From: Candidatus Lindowbacteria bacterium RIFCSPLOWO2_12_FULL_62_27
GTDB taxonomy: Bacteria > Lindowbacteria > 2-12-FULL-62-27
Length of the DNA: 43,779 nucleotides
Direction: 5' to 3'
NCBI GenBank assembly: GCA_001784175.1
Contig: MFPR01000031.1
Span: forward strand, 1 to 43,779
Positions 1 to 9,400 of the stretch are shown in pieces. The number at the start of each line of letters is the position of its first letter. The stretch's first letter is position 1. The notes beneath the pieces are model-generated. The model made no database searches and was not told the DNA's origin. It was given only the letters and a program-made list of their open reading frames with translations. Made by a program: the position numbers and the translations under genes.

Positions 1-224
1 GGCAGCGCGCACGTGTGCTTCATCGCGCTCCCCTGCACCGTGTCCCCGTTCAGCGGACACGGATTCGACGTCGTGTCGAACACGATCGCCTTCGAGAAAT
101 TCGCAAACCCCAGCGCGCCGTTCTGAAACCCGGCCACCGTCATGGCGTCGGCGCTCATCGCCCAAACCCCGACGATCGCCACGGCAAACACCGCCGCCGC
201 CCATATGCAACTTGCTGCTTTCAT
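1..224 (-). CDS. 5' part of a secreted protein paralogous to the 296..1483 protein; runs off the left edge and is absent from the ORF track
   Basis: My translation from ATG 224 is MKAASCIWAAAVFAVAIVGVWAMSADA-MTVAGFQNGALGFANFSKAIVFDTTSNPCPLNGDTVQGSAMKHTCAL. It has a signal peptide and an SD GAGGTG within 231-240. It aligns with YTVAGVGKRGFADFSKAIVFTGAACPVNAETIQTSAGAKNCAIP of the neighbouring gene. Confidence 0.85.
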   Translation of the reverse strand, partial: MKAASCIWAAAVFAVAIVGVWAMSADAMTVAGFQNGALGFANFSKAIVFDTTSNPCPLNGDTVQGSAMKHTCAL

Positions 225-295
225 CTGCGTTTCACCTCTTCCTTTTTTCGCCGACCGCTTCTCGCCGTCAGCCTTTCGCTTGAATCCATCTATGT

Positions 296-1483
296 TCATC
301 CGCCCCTCGCCGCCAAAAACACCGTCGTCCAGAACGACCGGAACGGCTGCGGCACGCCGTCCACATACGGCGTGACCTTCACCCGCCCGACCGTCTTCCC
401 GTCCGGGAACACGACGGCGGGATCGAATTGCTCGACGAGGAACAGCACGTCGCTGCGACCGCCCCGCACGAACGTGGCGTTGCCGCCGCTGAAGTTCTGA
501 TTGGTGGTGTCGTTCGTGTTGCCATAAGCGTCCTGCCAGAGCACGGCGTAGACGAACGAATCGCCGATGGCCGTGCCGGCCGGCAGGGACGTATCGGTAA
601 ATGAGATGAGTCCGTCGTACCAGCCGAGCGCGATGTCGTTGCGGTTCGGCGACCAGAACGTGTCGCCGGTGACCTGATTGACGATGGTGTCCTCAAACGC
701 CAGATTCGTGATCGGCGACGCGGCGGAACTTGCGGTCAGTCGCGCCCGCAGAATCTTGAACCCGTACGGCGTGGCCGTCGACGTCGTGTCGAACTCGCGG
801 GCACCCTCCAGGCTCGGCGAAAATCCGTCGCCGCCGTGGCCGTGACGCCAGCGGATCGTGACGACCGTGTCCTGGTTCTGGGTGGTCTGTAGATTGAAGT
901 TATTGTTGTTGTCGAAATTGCCGGTGTCGCCGTCGCCGGTGTTGTCGACGTCGGTGACGCCGCGGTACACCGCGACGTCCGGGTTCGAGATCGTCAGCTC
1001 GGTGTCCCAGGAGGCCCCCTGTTTGGCCATGCCCTGCTTGCCGCGAACGTCCCGGTCGCCGAAAATGTGATAGAAGATGTACCCCTCGGTGATGGCGGAG
1101 GGCACCGTGACGTCCCTGACCGGATCCTGGTTCCGCGACCCTCCGGGCGTCGTGCTCTTCCAGCCATTGGTGTCCTCAAAGGCGGGGATGCGGTACTCGA
1201 AGTAGTAGGTGTAATTGGCGCCGGGGAAAACCGTGGCGGTGCAGACCCACGATCCGTCGCCGACGGGTTTGAGGGGAATGGCGCAATTCTTGGCGCCGGC
1301 GCTCGTCTGGATCGTCTCCGCATTGACCGGACACGCGGCGCCGGTAAAAACGATGGCCTTGGAAAAATCCGCAAACCCGCGCTTGCCAACGCCGGCCACC
1401 GTGTAGGCGTGGGCGGAGCCCGCAATCGCACACAGCCACAAAAACGCCGCAATCCCGATCAGAATCCGGCGCTTCGTGGCCAT
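296..1483 (-). CDS. Secreted protein: CBM20-like N-terminal beta-domain, FN3-like domain and short C-terminal beta module
   Basis: Signal peptide MATKRRILIGIAAFLWLCAIAGSAHA. Start is ATG 1483 or GTG 1489 (GGAG near 1503-1506), not 1597. CBM20-like pattern LKPVGDGSW..TVFPGANYTYYF..RDVTVP; FN3-like pattern VTIRW..GFKILRA..FTDTSL..FVYAV..DAYGN. Confidence 0.8.
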   Translation of the reverse strand: MATKRRILIGIAAFLWLCAIAGSAHAYTVAGVGKRGFADFSKAIVFTGAACPVNAETIQTSAGAKNCAIPLKPVGDGSWVCTATVFPGANYTYYFEYRIPAFEDTNGWKSTTPGGSRNQDPVRDVTVPSAITEGYIFYHIFGDRDVRGKQGMAKQGASWDTELTISNPDVAVYRGVTDVDNTGDGDTGNFDNNNNFNLQTTQNQDTVVTIRWRHGHGGDGFSPSLEGAREFDTTSTATPYGFKILRARLTASSAASPITNLAFEDTIVNQVTGDTFWSPNRNDIALGWYDGLISFTDTSLPAGTAIGDSFVYAVLWQDAYGNTNDTTNQNFSGGNATFVRGGRSDVLFLVEQFDPAVVFPDGKTVGRVKVTPYVDGVPQPFRSFWTTVFLAARGG

Positions 1484-1810
1484 CTTCACGGCGTTGGCCG
1501 TGCTCCTGTCATACACCAAAGGCACGCCACCTGCGTCCAGCGCAGGGACGCAGACGGACGTATTCCTGCCATAGGAAGAAGAACTATAAACCCCCAATAT
1601 ATATCCTTAAGTTCTTTACTGCCCCAATCAATCATGGGCGCAGACCTCTCCCCTGACTTTTCCGCGCAGATGAAACGCACGGAAAAATCTCTTCCGAAGC
1701 AGGACACTCCTGCTCCGCTCAGAACCGAATGGTTCTCAGTTGAATCTCTCTGTTATCCCTCTGTTATCCGAACCTCCGGAATCGAACCGGCATTAATATT
1801 TATTACCAAG

Positions 1811-3313
1811 TTACCAATCGATCACCGTAATCCTGCCCTCATCCCGTAGATTGTTTGCCGACGCCTGAAACAAATAAACGCCGGCGGCCACGGTCTGGCC
1901 CCCGGCGGTTTTTCCGTCCCACTGGACTTCGTTTGTCCCATTGATTGTCCGAAGCAAACGCCCGTCGAGGCTATACAGCCGGACGGTGAACGCGCCCACA
2001 TCCTGCGGCGGCCGGATCGTAACGGACCCGCCCTGGCGTGGGCGGTACGGATTCGGATAGCCGATCACGTCTTTTCCGGCGCTGACTTGAAACGCCGCCA
2101 CGCGCAACGCCGCCGCCGCGTCGACGCACCCTTCGCCGGTCAGTTCATCCTTGCCTGGGGTGTTCAAATCTTTGGCCGTGCTGTACAGCCGGTCCCGGAC
2201 CTCATCCCGCGACAGCCCCGGATTCTCGCTCCACACCAGTCCCGCCACGCCGGCCACGATCGGGGAAGCAAACGACGTACCGCATCCGAAACAGTTGCCG
2301 CCCGCGGGGTCCGGAAAGACAAACGGCTGCACGTTCCCGCCATACGTGTCGCTGTAAATGCCGACGCCCGGCGCTGTGAGGTCCAGGACATCCTTCTCGT
2401 AATTGGAAAAATCGGCTTTTGCGCCGGAGGTCGGATCGATTGCGCCGACGGCGATCACCTGATCGTTGTACCGGGCGGGATACGAAACAGAATTGCGGTA
2501 GTCATTTCCCGAAGCAGCCACGAGGAGAATGCCCTGATCGTAAGCGAATTGGATGGCGTCTTTCACCAGAGAACTGGGTTCGGATGTCCCGAAAAACCCG
2601 ATGCTCATGTTGATGATCCGCACATTGTTCATCGCCGTCCACCGGAGCGCTTCGATCAGATCCCCTGCGACAAAAATACCGTTGTCGTTCAGCACCTTCA
2701 CAGAAACGATCTTGCATGTCCAGCAAACGCCCGCAATCCCGATCCCGTTGTTCGCCTCCGCCGCGATGATCGACGACACGTAGGTCCCGTGCCCATGTTT
2801 GTCTCCGGGATTCGAGTCGCCGGTCACAAACGACACGGCCTCCGCGAGATTTCCGTCCAGATCCTGATGCGTGGTATCGATCCCCGAGTCCAGCACGCCG
2901 ATCCGAACATCGGTCGAGCCGGTGTGATATTCCCACGCATCTGGGAGATTGACATATCTCAAAGGAAGGTCATCTGCGGAAAGCTGGTTCGTAAACTGCG
3001 GGTCGGTCGGCGTCTTGCTGAATGCGCCGCCGATCGTATTGGGCGCGAACCGTGAGTCCGGCGCAATCGCGGTGTCGGTGGCGGGCGCCACCCAGGAAAG
3101 ATTGCTGAGCGGATAATAACGCCGTTCGGTGTAACCGAGTTTTCCCAAGTCCTGCTGCCGGTCCGCCGACGCTTTAACAGACCCCCACACATACAGCCAT
3201 CCATCCTGTGCGGCATGGCAGTCGGGCGTGATACTTGCGCAGACTATAAGGACAAGCACAGACCCGCAGGCACGTATCCTGCTGCGGATCCGGACAGCGG
3301 CTGACAAACCCAT
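1811..3313 (-). CDS. Secreted S8 subtilisin-like serine protease with a T9SS-type-A/FlgD-like C-terminal domain
   Basis: Catalytic motifs VLDSGID, HGHGTYV and GTSFASP, with oxyanion motif AASGN. C-terminus YPNPYRP..VRLYSLDGRLLR..WDGK..G..VAAGVY. Start probably ATG 3313 (GGAGG at 3326-3330). Confidence 0.92.
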   Translation of the reverse strand: MGLSAAVRIRSRIRACGSVLVLIVCASITPDCHAAQDGWLYVWGSVKASADRQQDLGKLGYTERRYYPLSNLSWVAPATDTAIAPDSRFAPNTIGGAFSKTPTDPQFTNQLSADDLPLRYVNLPDAWEYHTGSTDVRIGVLDSGIDTTHQDLDGNLAEAVSFVTGDSNPGDKHGHGTYVSSIIAAEANNGIGIAGVCWTCKIVSVKVLNDNGIFVAGDLIEALRWTAMNNVRIINMSIGFFGTSEPSSLVKDAIQFAYDQGILLVAASGNDYRNSVSYPARYNDQVIAVGAIDPTSGAKADFSNYEKDVLDLTAPGVGIYSDTYGGNVQPFVFPDPAGGNCFGCGTSFASPIVAGVAGLVWSENPGLSRDEVRDRLYSTAKDLNTPGKDELTGEGCVDAAAALRVAAFQVSAGKDVIGYPNPYRPRQGGSVTIRPPQDVGAFTVRLYSLDGRLLRTINGTNEVQWDGKTAGGQTVAAGVYLFQASANNLRDEGRITVIDW

Positions 3314-3424
3314 GGATAAATTGTCCCTCCACAATTTACCCTCTATTTTGCCCCTCGCAATCGCTTCTGCGGTTACTCTTTCTAATACTTTTTGTAATTA
3401 GGTCGAAAAGCTATTCAACCAGTA

Positions 3425-3454
3425 TTTATACCACACGACAGGCCCGCGAAGCAA
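3425..3454 (-). promoter_or_regulatory. Candidate sigma70 promoter for the subtilase gene
   Basis: Minus strand TTGCTT-N18-TATAAA with an extended TGn, in an AT-rich intergenic region. Confidence 0.4.
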
Positions 3455-3639
3455 AAAAAATATGCTTAAACGACCCAAAGCCGTGCAATAAAACATACCC
3501 GTTGATTTCCCGTCCTTTGTGCGTGAGAAACCTCTCCCGTGTATCTGTAACCCTATTGAATGTCAATACGTTTTTTCAAAGCGTTTTCGAAAATGACCCA
3601 ATCACGGAGAACGTGTGAAAAAATTGAATAAACCACTTT

Positions 3640-3740
3640 TTATCCACGAAGGGACACGAAGCTGACACGAAAGCGAATCAAGATATTCAATATGTTATCT
3701 AAATGTTTCTTCGTGCCCCTTCGTGCTCCTTCGTGGATAA
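3640..3740. repeat. Palindromic element of tandem CACGAA / TTCGTG units
   Basis: ttatccacgaagggacacgaagctgacacgaa ... ttcgtgccccttcgtgctccttcgtggataa: three units per arm, just downstream of the 546-aa gene. Confidence 0.8.
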
Positions 3741-3763
3741 GGGATTTATTCACACGTTCGGAC

Positions 3764-5404
3764 CTACGGGCGGGCTTTCTGCTTCCTCTTCTCCCCTTTT
3801 CGCGCCATCTCCGTCTGCCGCTGCCGGCCAGACGGCTCCTGTTCCTGCTTGCGGATCAGAAACATCGCCTCTTTTGCGTTCGTGACTGTCGTCGACGCGA
3901 AATTCTTCCAGTCGCTGGATTTCTGCGACAGGTCGATCGAATAAATCCGGTAATAGTACGTGTCGCCCACGATGATGTTTTGATGGATGTAGGTCGAACT
4001 GTCGGAGTGGACCGTCACCAGCGTGATCCAACTGTTGGTGTCCCCCGGGTTTTCCGAATACTCGATCCGGTACGAATCGATGTCCTCCACCTGCGACACC
4101 TTCGACCACGTGATCAGCACCGTGCTGTTGGTGTTCGGCATCGCCAGAAAATCGGTCGGCGCGTACGGCGTGTCCTCCCAATTGGCCGACACCACCGCCG
4201 TCACCGTCGTCTCCGGCACCACGAGTCGCCGCATCGTGCTGGCGTTTGGCGTCGCGTCGATCCCAATCACCGAATTCGCGCCTTTCATGTAGGGATTGTA
4301 CACGTCCGTTTCCCATGTCCCACCGTTCACTTCGAATCCATACTCATACACCCCCGCGTTCGCTATGTTCACGTCCGCGCGCCAGTAACTGTCCGGATTC
4401 TGTTTCATCGTCGCCGGCGCACCCCAGTCCCAGCTCCCCTTCGCCTTCACCGCCGTCACGCCCGCCCGGGACGGAAAGAGAAACAGGTGCTTGCGCCCGC
4501 CGCTCACTGGAAACTCGAACGTCTTGTTCGCGGCCGTGTCGACCACCACAAACTTGAACGCCAGGTCAAACCCGCGGTTGAGCGCGATCGTGTCGCTCCA
4601 CCAGTGGCTGTCGGCATTCTCCCGGTACAACTGCCGTTCCGACCATCCCCCCCCAGTGTCAAATCCTACATAGACGACGCTGTCGTTCGGCCGGCCCAGG
4701 AAAACCCGGAACTGCACGTTGGTCCGCACACCCGGCCTCACCGTCACCGATTCCCCGGAGGGACCCGGGAGCGGCGAGAGCAGCGGTCCCGTGTCAAAAT
4801 ACGCATCGACTGCGCGGACATGGAAAAAATAGACGGAATCGTTGGTCAGATTCGTGCAGGTGGTGGTCGTGACGGCAATGGTGTCCTTCCGGAACAACAG
4901 CCACGTGTCGAACGCGGGGCCGGTGTCGTAATAGATCCAGTATCCGCCCCCGTACCGCACGTCGTGATTGCGGTCGGACGACCCGGCGGACCACGTCAGC
5001 GTCACCTGCCCGGTGTCCGAATAGGCCGTGAGACCCGTCGGCGCATCCGGCGTGTCGGCCCAGTTCATGTCAACGGTGGTATTGACCGTCGGGATCGTGA
5101 AGGTTCGCCGACCGGTGGCGGTGGCAAAATCGGGCTCGAATTTCGTGTCGCCAAGCTGCAGAAACAGTGCCTTGAAGGTCACCACCGAATTCGGCACCAG
5201 CCACAGGTCAATGTAATTGCGTCCGTTCACGTCCGTGTCCGTCATCGCGTACTCCCGCCAGGCCCCTTGCGTGTCCGTGAAGACCCCGCCCACGCCCCGA
5301 GCGACCGTCCACCACGAGTCGGCCACGTCGGTGTCGCGGGCGTCGGAAGGGCAGGGAAAAGTCAAACCCAGGACGAGGAGCGACAAAACAAGTATTTTAA
5401 TCAC
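3764..5404 (-). CDS. Secreted non-catalytic alpha-glucan-binding-type protein: CBM20-like, FN3, CBM20-like with nested CBM48, FN3, basic tail
   Basis: Signal peptide. FN3 motifs PDAPTGL..VTLTW..NLTN...YFFHVRAVD and PYAPTDF..VLITW..YYYRIYSID. CBM48 motif VKAKGSWDW..M..YEYGFEVNG..W.TD..NP. GTGA overlap with the upstream gene. Confidence 0.85.
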   Translation of the reverse strand: MIKILVLSLLVLGLTFPCPSDARDTDVADSWWTVARGVGGVFTDTQGAWREYAMTDTDVNGRNYIDLWLVPNSVVTFKALFLQLGDTKFEPDFATATGRRTFTIPTVNTTVDMNWADTPDAPTGLTAYSDTGQVTLTWSAGSSDRNHDVRYGGGYWIYYDTGPAFDTWLLFRKDTIAVTTTTCTNLTNDSVYFFHVRAVDAYFDTGPLLSPLPGPSGESVTVRPGVRTNVQFRVFLGRPNDSVVYVGFDTGGGWSERQLYRENADSHWWSDTIALNRGFDLAFKFVVVDTAANKTFEFPVSGGRKHLFLFPSRAGVTAVKAKGSWDWGAPATMKQNPDSYWRADVNIANAGVYEYGFEVNGGTWETDVYNPYMKGANSVIGIDATPNASTMRRLVVPETTVTAVVSANWEDTPYAPTDFLAMPNTNSTVLITWSKVSQVEDIDSYRIEYSENPGDTNSWITLVTVHSDSSTYIHQNIIVGDTYYYRIYSIDLSQKSSDWKNFASTTVTNAKEAMFLIRKQEQEPSGRQRQTEMARKGEKRKQKARP

Positions 5405-6483
5405 AAATCAACTCTCCGGATCACGCCCATCACCCGGCGCGCGAAAATCGGGTCGGGCGCGTCCTCCCGCGTCATGTACACGACCTGTCCGTGAGACTGG
5501 ACGTAGTTCCAATCGAAATGGTGGACCTTGAACCGGACCCGCACCGGCGCGCGGGGCACGGCCGTGTCCTGCGGCGTGGTGTCGGACATCAGGCGCAGGA
5601 AGGGTGAATCGTTGACCGTGCCGGACGTCAGGCCCTTGTAGGCGTCGACCGCGACCAGGACGTAGTAGTACGTCGTATTGGCCGACAATCCCGCGTCCGT
5701 GTAATTGGTCGCGGATCCATCGACCTCCTTGACCAGCGTGTAAGAGGTCGTGCTGCCCGTTGTGTTGCGATAGACGCGGAAGAGTCCCCCCGCGATCACG
5801 TCCGCCGCCTTGAAACTCTCGCCGCCCGTGCCCCAGCTCCCGTACGGCGCGCCCCACGTCAGCCGGACGGTGGTCGTGTCGACCGCCATGGCGTCGAAAT
5901 TGGTGATGGTGATGGGCCGCTCGCCGAAATTGGCGTAGACATAGAACGTATCGCCGGGATCCAAATCCTGCGGCACCGTGATGAGCCGCCGGGCGTCGTT
6001 GCTCGTCCCGACCGTCCCGTATCGAACGGCCGGCGCCGACGTCGAATCGACCTTGAGCGGCTGGGTCCCGCTCTGAATGGCGCCGCCGGTGGGAATCACG
6101 TCATAGTACGTCGTGTTCGGCTGCAATCCCGCCGGCGCGCTGGGACCGGTCTTGGCAAAGAAAAGGAAATTGTAGGTCGCCTTCGGCGTCAGTTGGATGA
6201 TCGCCTGGTACGTGCCGTCGCCGACCGCCGTCATGGTCTGAAGGCCGTTGGTGATGGACGCGCGGCTGACGTCCGACCAGACGGAGGTCTGCGTGCCCGG
6301 GTGGACGGCGATGTACCGCGGGACCTGGGCCCAGGTGTCGGAGGCGTAGGTATCGGCCGCTTGCGCGGGGCTGAGAGAAGACAGGATACAGAATACGGAA
6401 TACAGAAGTGAGAAAAAAAAGCATGGAACCTTCTGTCTTCTGTCTCCTGTCTTCTGTCTTCTCTCAATTCCTGAAATCGACAT
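5401..6483 (-). CDS. Secreted protein: CBM20-like domain, FN3 and short C-terminal beta module
   Basis: Hydrophobic segment ending AQA. CBM20-like pattern MTAVGDGTYQAIIQLTP..YNFLF..RRLITVP; FN3 pattern VRLTW..FRVYRN..YTDAGL..YYYVLVAVD. Overlaps the giant gene by 20 nt. Confidence 0.85.
   Translation of the reverse strand: MSISGIERRQKTGDRRQKVPCFFFSLLYSVFCILSSLSPAQAADTYASDTWAQVPRYIAVHPGTQTSVWSDVSRASITNGLQTMTAVGDGTYQAIIQLTPKATYNFLFFAKTGPSAPAGLQPNTTYYDVIPTGGAIQSGTQPLKVDSTSAPAVRYGTVGTSNDARRLITVPQDLDPGDTFYVYANFGERPITITNFDAMAVDTTTVRLTWGAPYGSWGTGGESFKAADVIAGGLFRVYRNTTGSTTSYTLVKEVDGSATNYTDAGLSANTTYYYVLVAVDAYKGLTSGTVNDSPFLRLMSDTTPQDTAVPRAPVRVRFKVHHFDWNYVQSHGQVVYMTREDAPDPIFARRVMGVIRRVDL
6373..6465. repeat. 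Imperfect 36-bp inverted repeat built from heptamer units
   Basis: 6373-6408 gagagaagacaggatacagaatacggaatacagaag pairs with 6430-6465 cttctgtcttctgtctcctgtcttctgtcttctctc. Confidence 0.85.
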
Positions 6484-9400
6484 ACACGTATCCTCCCGGG
6501 GTGACGTTGACGACGTTGGAGTTGGGGCTTTCGAGCACCAGGGCGCCGGTATCGACGGAGCGGACGGCGAAGGAATAGCTGGTGCCGTTGGTGAGGCCGG
6601 TCACATGGTAGTTGGTGTTGGCCAGGATCGCCGAATTGACTTTGGTGAACGCGCCGGACGTTTGGAGCTGATAGACGTTGTATCCGATCAGGTCCTGGTC
6701 CTTGGTGTTGGCGTCCCAGAACAGCCACGCGGCGCCCGAGTCAGGCTCGCTCTTCAGGTTCGACACCACGTCCGGGTCTTCCTGCCAGTCGTCGAAAAAT
6801 GTTTTCGAGGCCACGGAGGGCACGGTGACTTCCCGGTTCCGGGACGACGTCGTGAAGTCCTTCTCCTGCGTGTCCGCCGCGAAATAGCGGTACTGCAGGT
6901 TGAATCCGGTCAGCATGTCGGTCGTGTAGGTCCAGGTGTACAGTCCGGAATCAAGCATGGCTTTTCCGCTCCATGTGATATAGGCGTCGTTCGAGAGGAT
7001 CTTCACATTCCCGAACGTAGTGATGGTCCCGACATCCACGGTAAATGTCAACCGGGCGAGCTTGGCCGACAGGACCGTTGAGCTGTCCGACTCGTTCTGG
7101 AAATCGTCCACGGCCGACACGGCGTAATAGTACTGCGTGTTGGTCTGCGCCGTGCTGTCGTTCCAGAAGGGCGAAAAGGACGGGCTGATGAGGGACGCGT
7201 TCAGTTTTTTGTCGGAGGTGAGATTGAAGTTCGGCGTGGCGCTGCGGTAGACGTTATAACCGGCAAGGTCGGCCTCGGTGCTGTAGTCCCATTTGACGAC
7301 GACGCTGTTCAGCCCGCCATTTTCGCCGATGACGCCGGCCGGTTTGGCGGGCGCCGTGTCGTCCGTGTTGGTCGTCGGACGGGCCGATACCGAATCGGTG
7401 GGCAGGGAACTGAAATTCTTGTTGATGTCCACAGCCTTCATCTTGTAATAATACAGCGTTCCGTTGGTCAGGCCGCCGTCGGTGTACGAGATGACGTCCT
7501 TGCCCACGCCGGTCAGTGAGGTGAACGTGACGCCGTCGGTGCTTCGGTGGATTTCATAGTGGCTGATGTCGGCCTCCAAATTGAACGACCATCCCAGCCG
7601 GATGGCGCCGTCGCGGGGGACGGCCGACAGGCCCTGCGGGGCTTGGGGCGCCTGGTCGCCCACGACGTTGAACCGGTTGACCACGGCGAACGTGTGGTCC
7701 GGCGTGTTGGGAACCAGGAATTGCCGGCACGGCTCATAGGTATAGGAATTCCAGTGCGCGCCCGGACCGGCCGCGTTGTAATCGACAAAACAGTCTCCGT
7801 CGTTTTGCGCTCCCGCCAGGGAAGTGGGATTGCATCCGCCCGAGTTGATTTCAGCAATGAAGATGTAATTACAGCTCAACGTCGGATCGAGGTTCACCGC
7901 CGCCTCATAGATGCCGCGGCCTTTCAAGGTCATCTGCACCGGCAAGAAGCCGGCGTCGTAGCGGATGGCCGAATTGTTGTTGAAATCGAATTTGCCCAGG
8001 ACGGCCGGATTTCCCGCCACGTACATTTTGGTGATGCTGCTCGTGTTGATGCCTCCCGGCGCGCTCGTCACATCCGTCTGGAACGTGACCTTGACGGTGC
8101 CCGGCGTCGCCATCGCCTCGTTGGAAAACCCGCTGAGGTTGCCGTTGCGGTCGAGCGCCTTGATTTTGTAATAGTAGGTATCGCCGTTGACGAGCTTGTA
8201 GTCGAAATCGTTGTCGAAAAACGTCGACCGGATGACTTCGATGTAGAGCGGGGGACTTGCGTCGTTCTGGGTTTTGGAACGATAGATGTAATACGATTCG
8301 ACCGTGTCCGAGGATGGATTGTCGGGCCATTCCAGTTCCACCGCGCGGTCGCGCGCGACCGCCATGAGTCCGGACGGCGGCTGGGGCGGCGTGTTGTCGA
8401 CGTAGCCGGCGGGGTCGGTCGCAAGATCGATGGTGGAGACGACGTCGACGCCGTCCGTGAAATTCCAGAGCGCCCGGTACTCGTAGGGCGCTTTCCAGAT
8501 GTTCATCCGGCGCTGGGTGGTGCCGCCGGAAGAGGTCACGATGTCGACGATCCAGTCGGTGGTGCCGGAATTTTTGCTTTCCCGGGTCCAGACGGCCTTG
8601 TCATCGATGGAGACGACCGCGTCGTTCTGGTTCACGCCGTTGATCTGGACCGTGATCTGCGCGCGGGTTTTGCCGAAACTGTTGACCTTGAGATAGGCCG
8701 CCGTGCTGTTTCCGACGCTGAACGCGCTGCTCAGATTTCCGGAACCGTCGGTCGTCGCGGTGCCGCCGGAGAACCAGTCCTTGTAGGTTTTGTTGGCCTG
8801 CAGCGCCCCAATGGCGATCCCACCCGACCCGAAGGTGCGGGCGCCGGACTGACTGGCGTTCATCAGCACCAGAACTTCCTCGGTGGTCGTCCGGCCCCGG
8901 ATGAAGGCCATGGCCTTGCCGTTCTCACTGTACGACCAGTATTGATCCTTCTGATCATATCGGAACGCCGGAAAAATCTGCCGGGCACGCTGGGCCGAGG
9001 CGGCGCTGGCCTGGATGTCGCCCACCGAACCGTCATGAACGATCTGCCCGACCACGCTGCCTTCGTGATTCCAGGGAAACCGGCGGGTCGTGCCGAAAGC
9101 TGATAATTCGCCGGTCGACTGCCAGTCGGGGTAGGTCAGACCTCGTTTGCCCATCATCACCAGTTCGTCGCCGTAGAAAATATAGGGCACACCCGGCATA
9201 CTGCCCTCCCAATACATGATCATCAGCAAGGCGCCGATCGATTTCGACCAGGTGTGCCCTTCGCCCGTGTAATGGTAGGCCCGGTCGTGGTCATGGTTTT
9301 CATAATAGATCGTCATCACCGGCGTGCCGTTCGCGTTCAGCGTGCCGTAATCACTCTCCCATCGGCTCTTGAGGTCGTCACTGGTGTTGCCGCTGCCGGT

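Noticed and set aside
1600-1810. Possible structured RNA or riboswitch in the intergenic region (small hairpins, ctctgttatcc duplication)
   Set aside because: No recognisable family consensus; most likely a degenerate repeat.
3150-3205. WLYVWGS..DLG at the subtilase N-terminus resembling CBM20 strand B
   Set aside because: The rest of the domain pattern is missing; more likely a divergent propeptide.
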